A DNA stretch of 64,000 nt from Escherichia coli (GTDB lineage Bacteria > Pseudomonadota > Gammaproteobacteria > Enterobacterales > Enterobacteriaceae). Positions 33,689 through 48,806 of the stretch are shown piece by piece; the first letter of the stretch is position 1, and every line of letters begins with the position of its first letter. The stretch is taken from NCBI RefSeq assembly GCF_024223415.1, contig NZ_CP100500.1, one strand, 5' to 3'. The notes beneath the pieces are model-generated. The model was given only the letters and a program-made list of their open reading frames with translations, did no database searches and was not told the origin of the DNA. The position numbers were made by a program, and so were the translations under genes.

Positions 33689-34240
33689 ATGAGCACAGAA
33701 AAAGAAAAGATGATTGCTGGTGAGTTGTATCGCTCGGCAGATGAGACGTTATCTCGCGATCGCCTGCGCGCTCGTCAGCTTATTCACCGATACAATCATT
33801 CCCTGGCGGAAGAGCACACATTACGCCAGCAAATTCTCGCTGATTTATTCGGTCAGGTGACAGAGGCTTATATTGAGCCAACGTTTCGCTGTGACTATGG
33901 CTATAACATTTTTCTCGGTAATAATTTTTTCGCCAACTTCGATTGCGTGATGCTTGATGTCTGCCCTATTCGCATCGGTGATAACTGTATGTTGGCACCA
34001 GGCGTTCATATCTACACGGCAACACATCCCATCGACCCTGTAGCACGTAATAGCGGTGCTGAACTGGGGAAACCCGTCACCATCGGTAATAACGTCTGGA
34101 TTGGCGGACGCGCGGTCATTAACCCTGGTGTGACCATTGGTGATAACGTCGTGGTAGCCTCAGGTGCAGTTGTCACAAAAGATGTCCCGGACAACGTTGT
34201 CGTGGGCGGTAATCCAGCCAGAATAATTAAAAAATTGTAA
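33689..34240 (+). CDS. maa: Maltose O-acetyltransferase Maa, 183 aa
   Basis: ORF track; hexapeptide-repeat C-terminus. Confidence 0.94.
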
Positions 34241-34355
34241 TCGGTTTTTCGCAACTGTTATGCAAAATTGTGGTAAATCTGTTACTTTCCCTCTACTATT
34301 CCCACGTTAAAATAGGGTGTTCCCTGGAAAGTTGCAGATACCACGAAGGCAAACG

Positions 34356-34826
34356 ATGACCGAAATACAACGCCTGCTGACCGAAACGATTGAGTCTCTG
34401 AATACCCGCGAAAAACGCGACAACAAACCCCGCTTTAGTATCAGTTTTATCCGTAAACATCCGGGGCTGTTTATCGGTATGTACGTTGCTTTTTTTGCCA
34501 CCCTGGCGGTGATGTTGCAGTCCGAAACGCTTTCAGGCTCTGTCTGGCTACTGGTTGTATTATTTATCCTGCTTAATGGTTTCTTCTTTTTCGATGTCTA
34601 CCCACGCTACCGCTATGAAGATATCGACGTGCTGGATTTCCGCGTTTGCTATAACGGCGAATGGTACAACACGCGCTTTGTACCTGCCGCGCTGGTTGAA
34701 GCCATCTTGAACTCTCCGCGTGTCGCGGATGTTCATAAGGAACAACTGCAAAAAATGATCGTCCGTAAAGGTGAACTGTCTTTTTACGATATTTTTACCC
34801 TCGCTCGCGCCGAATCAACATCTTAA
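34356..34826 (+). CDS. ylaC: Inner membrane protein YlaC, 156 aa
   Basis: ORF track trimmed to [16 protein letters not shown]. Confidence 0.88.
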
Positions 34827-34983
34827 GTTAGGGTTACATACCAGGCGTAAAGCTCTGCGCCTGGTCAAATGACAATGATCGTTTCCCCCCATCACTTCAT
34901 GAAATACCAGCTCTACCTCCTTATCTCCTGCCAGCCTTTTTCCACAATCAGATATACTTTCCCTACACTGTGTTAATAAGGAT

Positions 34984-36540
34984 ATGCTGGTGAGAACACG
35001 ACATCTGGTCGGCCTTATTTCGGGAGTACTGATTCTTTCAGTATTGCTGCCTGTCGGCTTAAGCATCTGGCTGGCCCATCAGCAGGTAGAAACATCGTTT
35101 ATTGAAGAGCTGGATACCTATTCCTCCCGCGTCGCTATTCGGGCCAATAAGGTGGCGACACAAGGGAAAGATGCGCTGCAAGAGCTGGAAAGATGGCAAG
35201 GCGCTGACTGTAGTGAAGCCCATCTCATGGAAATGCGTCGGGTATCTTACAGTTATCGCTATATTCAGGAAGTGGTTTATATCGATAACAACGTTCCCCA
35301 ATGTTCGTCTCTGGAGCATGAAAGTCCGCCCGATACCTTCCCCGAGCCAGGTAAAATTTCGAAAGATGGTTATCGTGTCTGGTTAACATCACATAACGAT
35401 TTAGGCATTATCCGTTACATGGTCGCCATGGGAACGGCACATTATGTCGTCATGATCGACCCCGCTTCCTTTATTGATGTCATTCCCTATAGCTCATGGC
35501 AAATTGATGCCGCCATTATTGGCAATGCCCATAACGTTGTCATAACCAGCAGCGATGAAATTGCTCAGGGAATTATTACCAGGCTACAAAAAACACCCGG
35601 TGAGCATATCGAAAATAATGGAATCATTTACGATATCCTGCCCTTCCCGGAGATGAATATTTCAATTATCACCTGGGCTTCAACGAAAATGTTGCAGAAA
35701 GGCTGGCATCGGCAAGTCTTTATTTGGTTACCGCTCGGGTTGGTGATTGGCCTGCTGGCAGCGATGTTTGTGCTGCGTATTTTGCGCCGTATCCAGTCAC
35801 CGCATCATCGGCTGCAGGATGCTATCGAAAATCGTGATATTTGCGTGCACTATCAGCCGATTGTCTCCTTAGCCAATGGCAAAATTGTCGGTGCTGAGGC
35901 ACTGGCGCGCTGGCCGCAGACAGACGGTAGTTGGTTGTCACCAGATAGTTTTATTCCGCTGGCACAGCAAACGGGCCTTTCTGAGCCATTGACGCTACTG
36001 ATTATAAGAAGCGTCTTTGAAGATATGGGCGACTGGCTGCGTCAGCATCCACAGCAGCATATTTCGATCAATCTTGAATCCACCGTGCTCACCTCGGAAA
36101 AAATCCCGCAATTGCTGCGTGAAATGATCAATCACTATCAGGTTAATCCCAGACAGATCGCGCTTGAACTCACTGAACGCGAGTTTGCCGATCCGAAAAC
36201 CAGCGCCCCGATAATTTCTCGCTACCGGGAGGCGGGCCATGAAATTTATCTTGATGATTTTGGTACGGGGTATTCAAGTTTAAGTTATTTACAGGATCTG
36301 GATGTCGACATTCTGAAGATCGATAAATCTTTCGTTGATGCGCTGGAATATAAAAATGTCACGCCGCATATCATCGAAATGGCAAAAACACTGAAACTGA
36401 AAATGGTAGCGGAGGGAATCGAAACCAGTAAACAAGAAGAGTGGCTACGCCAGCATGGCGTGCACTACGGTCAGGGCTGGCTCTACAGCAAGGCATTACC
36501 GAAAGAAGATTTCTTACGCTGGGCCGAGCAACATTTGTGA
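34984..36540 (+). CDS. pdeB: c-di-GMP phosphodiesterase PdeB (YlaB), CSS-motif sensor plus EAL domain, about 516-518 aa; start uncertain by a few codons
   Basis: ORF track; N-terminal TM, periplasmic domain, second TM, EAL domain. Confidence 0.9.
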   Translation: MLVRTRHLVGLISGVLILSVLLPVGLSIWLAHQQVETSFIEELDTYSSRVAIRANKVATQGKDALQELERWQGADCSEAHLMEMRRVSYSYRYIQEVVYIDNNVPQCSSLEHESPPDTFPEPGKISKDGYRVWLTSHNDLGIIRYMVAMGTAHYVVMIDPASFIDVIPYSSWQIDAAIIGNAHNVVITSSDEIAQGIITRLQKTPGEHIENNGIIYDILPFPEMNISIITWASTKMLQKGWHRQVFIWLPLGLVIGLLAAMFVLRILRRIQSPHHRLQDAIENRDICVHYQPIVSLANGKIVGAEALARWPQTDGSWLSPDSFIPLAQQTGLSEPLTLLIIRSVFEDMGDWLRQHPQQHISINLESTVLTSEKIPQLLREMINHYQVNPRQIALELTEREFADPKTSAPIISRYREAGHEIYLDDFGTGYSSLSYLQDLDVDILKIDKSFVDALEYKNVTPHIIEMAKTLKLKMVAEGIETSKQEEWLRQHGVHYGQGWLYSKALPKEDFLRWAEQHL

Positions 36541-36581
36541 ATTTTTGGGCTGACGGCACGCCGCACAGCCCGTCACGCTAC

Positions 36582-36935
36582 CTATTCGTCGATGATTGAC
36601 TCGAATCCGCCATAGATCATTCGCTTGCCGTCAAACGGCATGGACTCGCCGAACTCTTTCATCCGTGGGTCCGACATCATCTTTTGATTAGCTGCGTCGC
36701 GGACCTCTTTTGAAGGGTATTCAATCCAGCTAAAGACAACCTCTTCATTCTCTTCCGCTTTCACCGCCATATGAAAATCGGTCACTTTGCCATCCGGTAC
36801 ATCGCTGGCCCAGCATTCGACAATACGAAGCGCGCCAAACTCTTTAAACAATGGCGCGGACTTAGCGGCCATTTCCCGATAGGCATCCTTTTTATCGGCA
36901 GGAACGGCAACCACAAAACCATCAACATACTTCAT
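36582..36935 (-). CDS. ybaA: DUF1428-family protein YbaA, 117 aa
   Basis: ORF track; recalled protein. Confidence 0.9.
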   Translation of the reverse strand: MKYVDGFVVAVPADKKDAYREMAAKSAPLFKEFGALRIVECWASDVPDGKVTDFHMAVKAEENEEVVFSWIEYPSKEVRDAANQKMMSDPRMKEFGESMPFDGKRMIYGGFESIIDE

Positions 36936-37044
36936 CAGACATACCTCCGAAGCGTACTGCGCAGCCAGACAATTCTTGCGACGTCAGTTGTGGTTAAAGT
37001 TTAGCCATGTTGGGATTTTTTGACGAAACGGTGGGAGGCAGAAA

Positions 37045-37158
37045 TGGGTGGGGGCCCTGCCAGCTACATCCCGGCACACGCGTCATCTGCCTTGGCTGCT
37101 TCCTTCCGGACCTGACCTGGTAAACAGAGTAGCGTTGCGGGAGAACCAACAGAGCCCC
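37045..37158 (-). ncRNA. ffs: 4.5S RNA, SRP RNA component
   Basis: Reverse complement begins GGGGGCTCTGTTGGTTCTCCCGCAACGCTACTCTGTTTACCAGGTCAGGTCCGGAAGGAAGCAGCCAAGGCAGATGACGCGTGTGCCGGGATGTAGCTGGCAGGGCCCCCACCC, matching recalled 114-nt 4.5S RNA; ybaA-atl intergenic. Confidence 0.93.
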
Positions 37159-37235
37159 CATTGAGAGCGTTGAGAACCAACGCGCAGGCGCATTATCACT
37201 GCTGCCCCGGCTAATTGCAACCCATTGCGTGCCAG

Positions 37236-37625
37236 ATGCTGGTTTCTTGCGCAATGCGGCTTCACTCGGGCGTTTTTCCAGATTATGCTGAAAAATTAAC
37301 TCAGGAAGAAAAGATGGAAAAAGAAGATTCATTTCCCCAACGCGTCTGGCAAATCGTCGCCGCTATTCCCGAAGGCTATGTCACCACTTACGGTGATGTG
37401 GCGAAACTGGCGGGATCGCCCCGCGCCGCGCGCCAGGTGGGCGGTGTGTTAAAGCGTCTCCCTGAAGGCAGCACCTTACCCTGGCACCGGGTGGTTAATC
37501 GCCACGGCACAATTTCGCTAACCGGATCGGATTTACAGCGTCAGCGACAGGCATTACTGGCAGAAGGTGTGATGGTATCGGGAAGCGGGCAAATCGACTT
37601 GCAGCGTTATCGCTGGAACTACTAA
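37236..37625 (+). CDS. atl: Alkyltransferase-like DNA base-flipping protein Atl (YbaZ), 129 aa
   Basis: ORF track trimmed to internal ATG (MLVSCAMRLHSGVFPDYAEK). Confidence 0.88.
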   Translation: MLVSCAMRLHSGVFPDYAEKLTQEEKMEKEDSFPQRVWQIVAAIPEGYVTTYGDVAKLAGSPRAARQVGGVLKRLPEGSTLPWHRVVNRHGTISLTGSDLQRQRQALLAEGVMVSGSGQIDLQRYRWNY

Positions 37626-37655
37626 CCCTCTCCGGGCGGAGAGGGTTAACGTCGC

Positions 37656-38228
37656 TTAATATTGCGTAGGAGCTGGAACTGCCGAAGACGGATTCACCTG
37701 AGTTGGTGAAGTCGAAGGTACGGTAGTCGTTGCGCCACCGCTGGCCTGAACCGGCACGGCGGTTTGCTGTACCGGCACCAATGTCAGGTCGGCTTTAGTT
37801 CCGCCCTGGTTGATCACCGGCTGAACGGTATCGGTAATAAATACCAGTTTGTCATTCACGGTAATCGCCGCACTCAACAGAATACGCGCGTTCGGCTGAA
37901 CATCTGCCGGGTTAAATGGCAGAACAAAGCTGAATGGTGACTGTTTACCTTCGGTACGCACCGCTTTTTGCGCCAGTACTTTAGACGGCGCATCGGCTAA
38001 CGACGCGTCAGAAAGTGTCACGGTCAGCACGGCATCAGGCGGCAGTGCGACTTTCTGACGGATCCAGACGGTACCGGAGACATTCGGTTGCTGGATAGCA
38101 GGTTGTTGTGTTGCTGAAATAGACGTATTTGCAGCCGGTGCTGGCGTCTGAATATCCGCGCTTTTATCTGCGCAAGCCGCCAACGCAATCGCAACCGCTA
38201 AACCACTGGCCATGTGCACGAGTTTCAT
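37656..38228 (-). CDS. ybaY: Lipoprotein YbaY, 190 aa
   Basis: ORF track; signal peptide with lipobox LAAC. Confidence 0.9.
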   Translation of the reverse strand: MKLVHMASGLAVAIALAACADKSADIQTPAPAANTSISATQQPAIQQPNVSGTVWIRQKVALPPDAVLTVTLSDASLADAPSKVLAQKAVRTEGKQSPFSFVLPFNPADVQPNARILLSAAITVNDKLVFITDTVQPVINQGGTKADLTLVPVQQTAVPVQASGGATTTVPSTSPTQVNPSSAVPAPTQY

Positions 38229-38445
38229 TCATTTCTCCTTATTATCAATGCACCAGCGGGCTAACTTTCCTCGCCGGAAGAGTGGTTAACAAAATAGTAA
38301 CGTCAACAAGTGTGGCACACATCACGCATTTCTGCCTGTAATTAGCCCGTAATTCAGACCATTGCACCCATCGGACCAGTAGCAAATTTGCGTTATACTC
38401 AACTCACTTTGGCTTGCTGCGGCAGCTTTGTTACTGGAGAGTTAT

Positions 38446-39306
38446 ATGAGTCAGGCGCTAAAAAATTTACTGACATTGTTAAATCTGGAAAAAATTGAGG
38501 AAGGACTCTTTCGCGGCCAGAGTGAAGATTTAGGTTTACGCCAGGTGTTTGGCGGCCAGGTCGTGGGTCAGGCCTTGTATGCCGCAAAAGAGACCGTCCC
38601 TGAAGAGCGGCTGGTACATTCGTTTCACAGCTACTTTCTTCGCCCTGGCGATAGTAAGAAGCCGATTATTTATGATGTCGAAACGCTGCGTGACGGTAAC
38701 AGCTTCAGCGCCCGCCGGGTTGCTGCTATTCAAAACGGCAAACCGATTTTTTATATGACGGCCTCTTTCCAGGCACCAGAAGCGGGTTTCGAACATCAAA
38801 AAACAATGCCGTCCGCGCCAGCGCCTGATGGCCTGCCTTCGGAAACGCAAATCGCCCAGTCGCTGGCGCACCTGCTGCCGCCAGTGCTGAAAGATAAATT
38901 CATCTGCGATCGTCCGCTGGAAGTCCGTCCGGTGGAGTTTCATAACCCACTGAAAGGTCACGTCGCAGAACCACATCGTCAGGTGTGGATCCGCGCAAAT
39001 GGTAGCGTGCCGGATGACCTGCGCGTTCATCAGTATCTGCTCGGTTACGCTTCTGATCTTAACTTCCTGCCGGTAGCTCTACAGCCGCACGGCATCGGTT
39101 TTCTCGAACCGGGGATTCAGATTGCCACCATTGACCATTCCATGTGGTTCCATCGCCCGTTTAATTTGAATGAATGGCTGCTGTATAGTGTGGAGAGCAC
39201 CTCGGCGTCCAGCGCACGTGGCTTTGTGCGCGGTGAGTTTTATACCCAGGACGGCGTACTGGTTGCCTCGACCGTTCAGGAAGGGGTGATGCGTAATCAC
39301 AATTAA
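38446..39306 (+). CDS. tesB: Acyl-CoA thioesterase II TesB, 286 aa
   Basis: ORF track trimmed to [24 protein letters not shown]. Confidence 0.95.
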
Positions 39307-39344
39307 AAAAATAGCCGGAGGTGAAAACCGTCCGGCTGTTTTTT
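39305..39344. terminator. Bidirectional intrinsic terminator between convergent tesB and amtB
   Basis: agccggaggtgaaaaccgtccggct hairpin flanked by A-run upstream and T7 downstream. Confidence 0.7.
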
Positions 39345-39354
39345 GCAGTGCTTG

Positions 39355-40641
39355 TTACGCGTTATAGGCATTCTCGCCGTGACTGTTGACGTCCAGCCCT
39401 TCTCGCTCTTGTTCTTCCGGCACACGCAGGCCAACCGTCAGATCCGCCAGTTTGTAGCCAATAAATGCCACCACACCGGACCAGACGATCGTAATGGCAA
39501 TGCTTTCCAACTGTACCAGCAACTGATGGCCCATCGTCACACCTTCAGCGAAGCCCACGCCGCCCAGCGAGCTGGCGGCAAAAATCCCGGTCATGATACA
39601 GCCGACAATGCCACAAACGCCGTGCACACCGAAGACATCGCAGGGATCATCCACCCGCAGCAAGCGTTTGAGCATGGTAACGCCCCACAAGCCCGCCAGA
39701 CCAGCTACCACGCCGATAATCAACGCGCCGCCAACACCAATGTAGCCACAGGCTGGCGTCACGCCGACCAGACCGGCAATCGCGCCAGAACACGCCCCCA
39801 GCAGTGAAGGCTTACCACGCAGCGCCCATTCACCGAAGATCCAGCCAAGAATTGCCGCCGCCGTTGCGACCACAGTATTCACAAATGCCAGTGCCGCGAT
39901 TTCATTCGCCGTGCCCGCTGACCCGGCGTTAAAGCCAAACCAACCGATATAGAGAATGGCAGTCCCGGTGAAGACCATCGGCAGGTTGTGCGGTTTAAAC
40001 GCCTCTTTACCGAAGCCCACGCGTTTTCCTATCAGATACGCGCCCACCAGACCGGCGATTGCGGCGTTAATGTGCACCACGGTGCCACCCGCGAAATCCA
40101 GCGCACCGTGAGAAGCCAGCAAACCACCGCCCCAGACCATATGCGCAATCGGAATGTAAGAGAGCGTCAGCCATACCACCACGAAAATCAACACAGCTGA
40201 GAAGCGGATTCGTTCCGCCAGCGCCCCAACTATCAAGCCTACGGTAATGCAGGCAAACGATCCCTGAAACGCTACGTGGATATACTGATAAATGCTGCCC
40301 ATCACCGCCGTCAGTTCGATGTTTTTCAGCATCAGCCAGTTAATGTTGCCGAAGAAGTTGTTGCCCTCACCAAACGCCAGCGAGTAACCGTAAACCACCC
40401 AGAGAATACAGACCAGTGCAAACGTCACCGTCACCTGCGTCAGCATCGACAGCACGTTTTTGCCGCGAATCAACCCACCGTAAAACAGGGCAATCCCCGG
40501 AATAGTCATAAACAGCACCAGTGCAGTACAAATCATCATAAACGCATTGTCGGCTTTATCGGCCACCGCAGGTGCAGCCATTACCAGTCCCGGCAGCATC
40601 GCCAGTGAAGCAAGCCCAGTTTTTATCGTCGCTATCTTCAT
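39355..40641 (-). CDS. amtB: Ammonium transporter AmtB, 428 aa
   Basis: ORF track; recalled protein; downstream of glnK. Confidence 0.96.
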   Translation of the reverse strand: MKIATIKTGLASLAMLPGLVMAAPAVADKADNAFMMICTALVLFMTIPGIALFYGGLIRGKNVLSMLTQVTVTFALVCILWVVYGYSLAFGEGNNFFGNINWLMLKNIELTAVMGSIYQYIHVAFQGSFACITVGLIVGALAERIRFSAVLIFVVVWLTLSYIPIAHMVWGGGLLASHGALDFAGGTVVHINAAIAGLVGAYLIGKRVGFGKEAFKPHNLPMVFTGTAILYIGWFGFNAGSAGTANEIAALAFVNTVVATAAAILGWIFGEWALRGKPSLLGACSGAIAGLVGVTPACGYIGVGGALIIGVVAGLAGLWGVTMLKRLLRVDDPCDVFGVHGVCGIVGCIMTGIFAASSLGGVGFAEGVTMGHQLLVQLESIAITIVWSGVVAFIGYKLADLTVGLRVPEEQEREGLDVNSHGENAYNA

Positions 40642-40670
40642 TTTTCGTTCCTGTTGCTGTGTGCCAGAGA

Positions 40671-41009
40671 TTACAGCGCCGCTTCGTCGGCTTCGCCGGT
40701 ACGAATACGAATGACGCGTTGCAATTCAGCGACGAAGATTTTGCCGTCGCCAATTTTTCCGGTGTAAGCCGCCTTACTGACGATATCGATCACTTCATCG
40801 AGTTGGTCATCAGCAATCGCCACATCAATTTTTACTTTTGGCAGGAAGTTGACGCTGTATTCCGCCCCCCGGTACAGCTCGGCATGCCCTTTCTGACGCC
40901 CGAAACCTTTCACTTCGGTGACGGTCAGGCCCTGAATACCAATGGAAGATAACGCTTCACGAACGTCTTCCAGCTTGAATGGTTTGATTATCACGGTCAC
41001 CAGCTTCAT
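40671..41009 (-). CDS. glnK: PII nitrogen regulatory protein GlnK, 112 aa
   Basis: ORF track trimmed to MKLVTVIIKPFKLEDVREALS; Tyr51 loop GAEYSV. Confidence 0.96.
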   Translation of the reverse strand: MKLVTVIIKPFKLEDVREALSSIGIQGLTVTEVKGFGRQKGHAELYRGAEYSVNFLPKVKIDVAIADDQLDEVIDIVSKAAYTGKIGDGKIFVAELQRVIRIRTGEADEAAL

Positions 41010-41060
41010 AGATCCCCTCCGGTCAGAATTCGGTAATGGTTCTGCTACACGAAGAAGGTA

Positions 41061-41078
41061 TTGCAAGCGGTGTGCCAG
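41061..41078 (-). promoter_or_regulatory. Sigma-54 promoter (-24 TGGCAC / -12 TTGCA) of glnK-amtB
   Basis: Minus strand reads ctggcacaccgcttgcaa about 55-70 nt upstream of the glnK ATG. Confidence 0.7.
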
Positions 41079-41189
41079 AAATGAAAAACGAGAAAGAGAG
41101 CAGGAAGTTAAGAAGATTGAAAATGAAAACGCACTATGACAGTGCACAGTGCGTTACATTTTTGCACCAACGATGAAATATTGCGCTAT

Positions 41190-44736
<3,547 letters not shown>

Positions 44737-44765
44737 GCGTTGTGTCCTGACCTGATTCTGGATAT

Positions 44766-45224
44766 TTATTCGATGGGTAAAGAAGTGGTGTATTTAATCT
44801 GTTCCATCGCGAAGCTGGAAGTGACGTCCGACAGCCCCGGCACGCTGTTTACCAGACGCTTATAAAACTCGTCGTAGCGTTTCATGTCGGCAACCTGGAC
44901 GCGCATCAGATAATCGTATTCACCGGCCATGCGCCAGAACCCCAGCACTTCTGGCATTTCGGTAACCACCGTGACAAAGCGGCAATACCATTCGCTGCTG
45001 TGATGTTGCGTTTTTATCAGCACAAAGGCGGTCAGGCCGAGGCCTATTTTTTCCGGATCCAGCAGGGCGACTTTGCCGATAAGGATACCGTCGTCCTCCA
45101 GCCGTTTCAGGCGCTTCCAGCAAGGGGTGGTTGTCAGATTAACGGCTTCAGCCAGTGCCTGCAAAGAGAGGGTGCAATCCTGCTGCAGTAAGGCCAGCAG
45201 CTTACGGTCAATTTTATCTAACAT
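44766..45224 (-). CDS. decR: Lrp/AsnC-family regulator DecR (YbaO), 152 aa
   Basis: ORF track trimmed to [31 protein letters not shown]. Confidence 0.9.
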
Positions 45225-45376
45225 AGCCCTTCCACAGAGAATTTTTTTCTCTTTTAATTCTATTTTAAAGGTGAAATCGCGACAATTTATTCTGTGCGGT
45301 TTAAACACCACGGCACAAAATGACAAATTCAACGCAAAAAAAACCGGGCAATTGCCCGGTGCTGGAAGGGATCTCG

Positions 45377-46195
45377 TTATTCGGGGGAATAAGGTAGATG
45401 TGGATAGTCCAGCCAGTGCGTCAAATAGTGAGAGACAGCCTGATTTCGGCAATGTCCAATCACCGGTAAATGCGGGAGCTCCGCGCGCAGTTGCGGCATC
45501 GCATTGCCCATAATAAATCCGCTACCGACGCTGCCTAACATTTCGCGATCGTTCATCGCATCACCAAAGGCCATGCAATCGCGCAACGATAAACCTAAAT
45601 GTTGGGTCAGCACCGTCAGTGCAGCGCCTTTATTGCAGCCCAGCGGCAGCACTTCGAGGCAATCCGTGGCGGAAAAACACAAATGTGCACGCTCGGATAA
45701 TGCTTCGTATAGCTGGATCTGCAAGCGTGTAAGATCGTCGTGATCGCCACAGAAGCAGATCTTGGTGACGCGATCGAGTGGCATTTTTTTGACATCGATT
45801 ATCTGATAACGAAAACCGCTATAGACAAATGCCTGCAACAACGCAGGGATCTCTTTCCCGGTAAACCAACCATCGTCATTGAAGATATGCATGCTGGCTC
45901 GGGTATCCCATTGCTGATACAGCACCAGCTCCGCGACATCCGCAGGTAAATCATCACGATGTAAAAGTTCACCTTCCAGAGAATGCACGCGCGTTCCGTT
46001 GCCGGTAATCAAATATGCATCCAGCGATATCGCCCCGAGAATATGCTGCATCTCCAGCGCATGACGCCCTGTGGCAAAAGTGAGGGTAATGTCGCGTTCA
46101 CGCAGTCGCGCCAAAGTAGAGAGGGTTTTCTCACCTAAATGATGGTCAGGCATCAATAAAGTGCCATCCATATCAAATGCTGCCAGACGAGCCAT
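45377..46195 (-). CDS. cof: HMP-PP phosphatase Cof (HAD superfamily), 272 aa
   Basis: ORF track trimmed to [14 protein letters not shown]. Confidence 0.93.
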
Positions 46196-46294
46196 TTCTT
46201 TCTCCACTCTGTGACACGGTTAATGGTGATTGAGTATCACCTGATATATACGGAAGTAATAGTGAATAGTTAAATAATATTGTTCCGGGTTTAT

Positions 46295-47995
46295 ATGCGA
46301 CTGCTCAACCGTCTTAACCAGTATCAACGTCTGTGGCAACCTTCCGCCGGAAAGCCGCAAACCGTCACCGTCAGCGAACTGGCCGAACGCTGTTTTTGCA
46401 GCGAACGCCATGTTCGTACGCTGTTGCGTCAGGCACAGGAGGCGGGATGGCTGGAGTGGCAGGCGCAGTCAGGACGCGGAAAGCGCGGACAATTACGCTT
46501 TCTGGTCACGCCAGAATCGCTACGCAATGCGATGATGGAAAAGGCACTGGAAACCGGAAAGCAGCAAGATGTGCTGGAGCTGGCGCAACTGGCCCCAGGT
46601 GAGCTGCGCACTCTGTTACAGCCGTTTATGGGCGGACAATGGCAAAACGATACACCCACGTTGCGTATTCCCTACTATCGCCCGCTCGAACCGCTACAAC
46701 CGGGCTTTTTGCCCGGCCGTGCCGAGCAGCATCTCGCCGGACAGATATTTTCCGGCCTGACCCGCTTCGATAATAATACCCAGCGCCCGATTGGCGATTT
46801 AGCGCATCACTGGGAAACCTCTGCTGACGGGTTACGCTGGGACTTTTATCTTCGTTCAACCCTACACTGGCATAACGGCGATGCAGTAAAAGCCTCACAC
46901 TTACACCAGCGATTATTGATGCTGTTACAACTGCCAGCACTGGATCAATTATTTATTAGCGTGAAGCGTATTGAGGTCACCCATCCGCAGTGTCTGACCT
47001 TCTTTTTACATCGCCCCGATTACTGGCTTGCGCACCGGCTGGCGAGCTATTGCAGCCATCTGGCGCATCCGCAATTCCCACTGATTGGCACGGGTCCTTT
47101 TCGCTTAACACAATTCACAGCTGAACTGGTGCGCCTGGAAAGCCATGATTATTACCATTTACGTCATCCGCTGCTTAAAGCGGTTGAGTACTGGATAACT
47201 CCGCCGCTTTTCGAAAAAGATTTGGGAACCAGTTGTCGGCATCCCGTGCAAATCACCATCGGCAAACCGGAGGAGCTGCAACGGGTCAGCCAGGTCAGTA
47301 GTGGCATCAGTTTAGGTTTTTGCTATTTAACGTTGCGCAAAAGTCCCCGACTCTCCCTCTGGCAGGCGCGAAAAGTGATCTCCATTATTCATCAATCCGG
47401 TTTATTACAAACGTTAGAAGTCGGAGAAAACCTGATCACCGCCAGTCATGCATTACTGCCAGGCTGGACTATTCCGCATTGGCAAGTACCGGATGAAGTC
47501 AAACTACCGAAAACCTTGACGCTGGTTTATCACCTACCGATAGAACTTCATACCATGGCAGAACGCCTACAGGCGACACTGGCAGCGGAAGGCTGTGAAC
47601 TCACAATTATTTTTCATAACGCAAAAAACTGGGACGACACGACCCTACTGGCACACGCAGACCTCATGATGGGCGACAGATTAATTGGCGAAGCACCGGA
47701 ATATACCCTGGAGCAATGGCTGCGTTGCGATCCACTGTGGCCACATGTTTTCGACGCTCCAGCATATGCCCATTTGCAATCGACACTGGACGCGGTGCAA
47801 GTAATGCCTGATGAGGAAAACCGATTTAATGCCCTGAAAGCGGTTTTTAGCCAGTTAATGGCAGACGCGACGCTGACGCCGCTATTCAACTATCACTATC
47901 GCATTAGTGCCCCTCCCGGCGTGAACGGTGTGCGACTGACACCGCGCGGCTGGTTTGAATTTACCGAAGCCTGGCTTCCCGCGCCGTCGCAATGA
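46295..47995 (+). CDS. ybaE: Solute-binding-protein-like YbaE with N-terminal HTH region, 566 aa
   Basis: ORF track trimmed to MRLLNRLNQYQRLWQ. Confidence 0.88.
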   Translation: MRLLNRLNQYQRLWQPSAGKPQTVTVSELAERCFCSERHVRTLLRQAQEAGWLEWQAQSGRGKRGQLRFLVTPESLRNAMMEKALETGKQQDVLELAQLAPGELRTLLQPFMGGQWQNDTPTLRIPYYRPLEPLQPGFLPGRAEQHLAGQIFSGLTRFDNNTQRPIGDLAHHWETSADGLRWDFYLRSTLHWHNGDAVKASHLHQRLLMLLQLPALDQLFISVKRIEVTHPQCLTFFLHRPDYWLAHRLASYCSHLAHPQFPLIGTGPFRLTQFTAELVRLESHDYYHLRHPLLKAVEYWITPPLFEKDLGTSCRHPVQITIGKPEELQRVSQVSSGISLGFCYLTLRKSPRLSLWQARKVISIIHQSGLLQTLEVGENLITASHALLPGWTIPHWQVPDEVKLPKTLTLVYHLPIELHTMAERLQATLAAEGCELTIIFHNAKNWDDTTLLAHADLMMGDRLIGEAPEYTLEQWLRCDPLWPHVFDAPAYAHLQSTLDAVQVMPDEENRFNALKAVFSQLMADATLTPLFNYHYRISAPPGVNGVRLTPRGWFEFTEAWLPAPSQ

Positions 47996-48059
47996 ATAGC
48001 TGGTCCGGGTTAATCGCAGGCGTTACCATAACGCTTTTATTGTTCAAGCAGGATTATCT

Positions 48060-48755
48060 ATGAAACGTGCTGTCGTTGTGTTCAGTGGAGGCCAGGATTC
48101 CACCACCTGTCTGGTGCAGGCATTACAACAATATGATGAAGTCCATTGCGTGACGTTCGATTACGGTCAGCGCCATCGCGCAGAAATCGACGTGGCACGC
48201 GAACTGGCGCTGAAACTGGGGGCACGCGCGCATAAGGTTCTTGATGTAACGCTGCTCAACGAGCTGGCGGTCAGCAGCCTGACGCGTGACAGCATTCCGG
48301 TGCCTGATTATGAACCTGAAGCCGATGGCATCCCGAATACGTTTGTCCCAGGGCGTAATATTTTGTTCCTGACACTGGCGGCAATATATGCGTATCAGGT
48401 AAAAGCAGAAGCCGTAATTACTGGCGTCTGCGAAACGGATTTCTCCGGCTACCCGGATTGCCGCGATGAGTTTGTGAAAGCACTAAACCATGCCGTCAGT
48501 TTGGGCATGGCGAAAGATATTCGTTTTGAAACGCCGCTGATGTGGATTGATAAAGCGGAAACCTGGGCGCTGGCAGATTATTACGGCAAACTGGATTTAG
48601 TCCGTAACGAAACGTTGACCTGCTATAACGGCATTAAAGGCGACGGTTGCGGTCATTGTGCGGCGTGTAATTTACGCGCCAACGGTTTGAACCATTATCT
48701 GACCGATAAACCGACGGTGATGGCAGCGATGAAGCAGAAAACAGGGTTGAAGTAA
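48060..48755 (+). CDS. queC: 7-cyano-7-deazaguanine synthase QueC, 231 aa
   Basis: ORF track; SGGQDS PP-loop and C-terminal Cys zinc cluster. Confidence 0.95.
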   Translation: MKRAVVVFSGGQDSTTCLVQALQQYDEVHCVTFDYGQRHRAEIDVARELALKLGARAHKVLDVTLLNELAVSSLTRDSIPVPDYEPEADGIPNTFVPGRNILFLTLAAIYAYQVKAEAVITGVCETDFSGYPDCRDEFVKALNHAVSLGMAKDIRFETPLMWIDKAETWALADYYGKLDLVRNETLTCYNGIKGDGCGHCAACNLRANGLNHYLTDKPTVMAAMKQKTGLK

Positions 48756-48767
48756 TTATTCCAAGTA

Positions 48768-48797
48768 TTGCCGGATGCGGCTTGAGCATCCGGCACA
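48768..48797. terminator. Hairpin between convergent queC and fadM, likely bidirectional terminator
   Basis: gccggatgcggcttgagcatccggc palindrome. Confidence 0.5.
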
Positions 48798-48806
48798 ACA
48801 AAACGT

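Noticed and set aside
36994-37332. Minus-strand ORFs (112 aa and 60 aa) over the ybaA-atl intergenic region
   Set aside because: They coincide with the 4.5S RNA gene ffs, whose sequence I recognise base for base; they are translations of a structured RNA.
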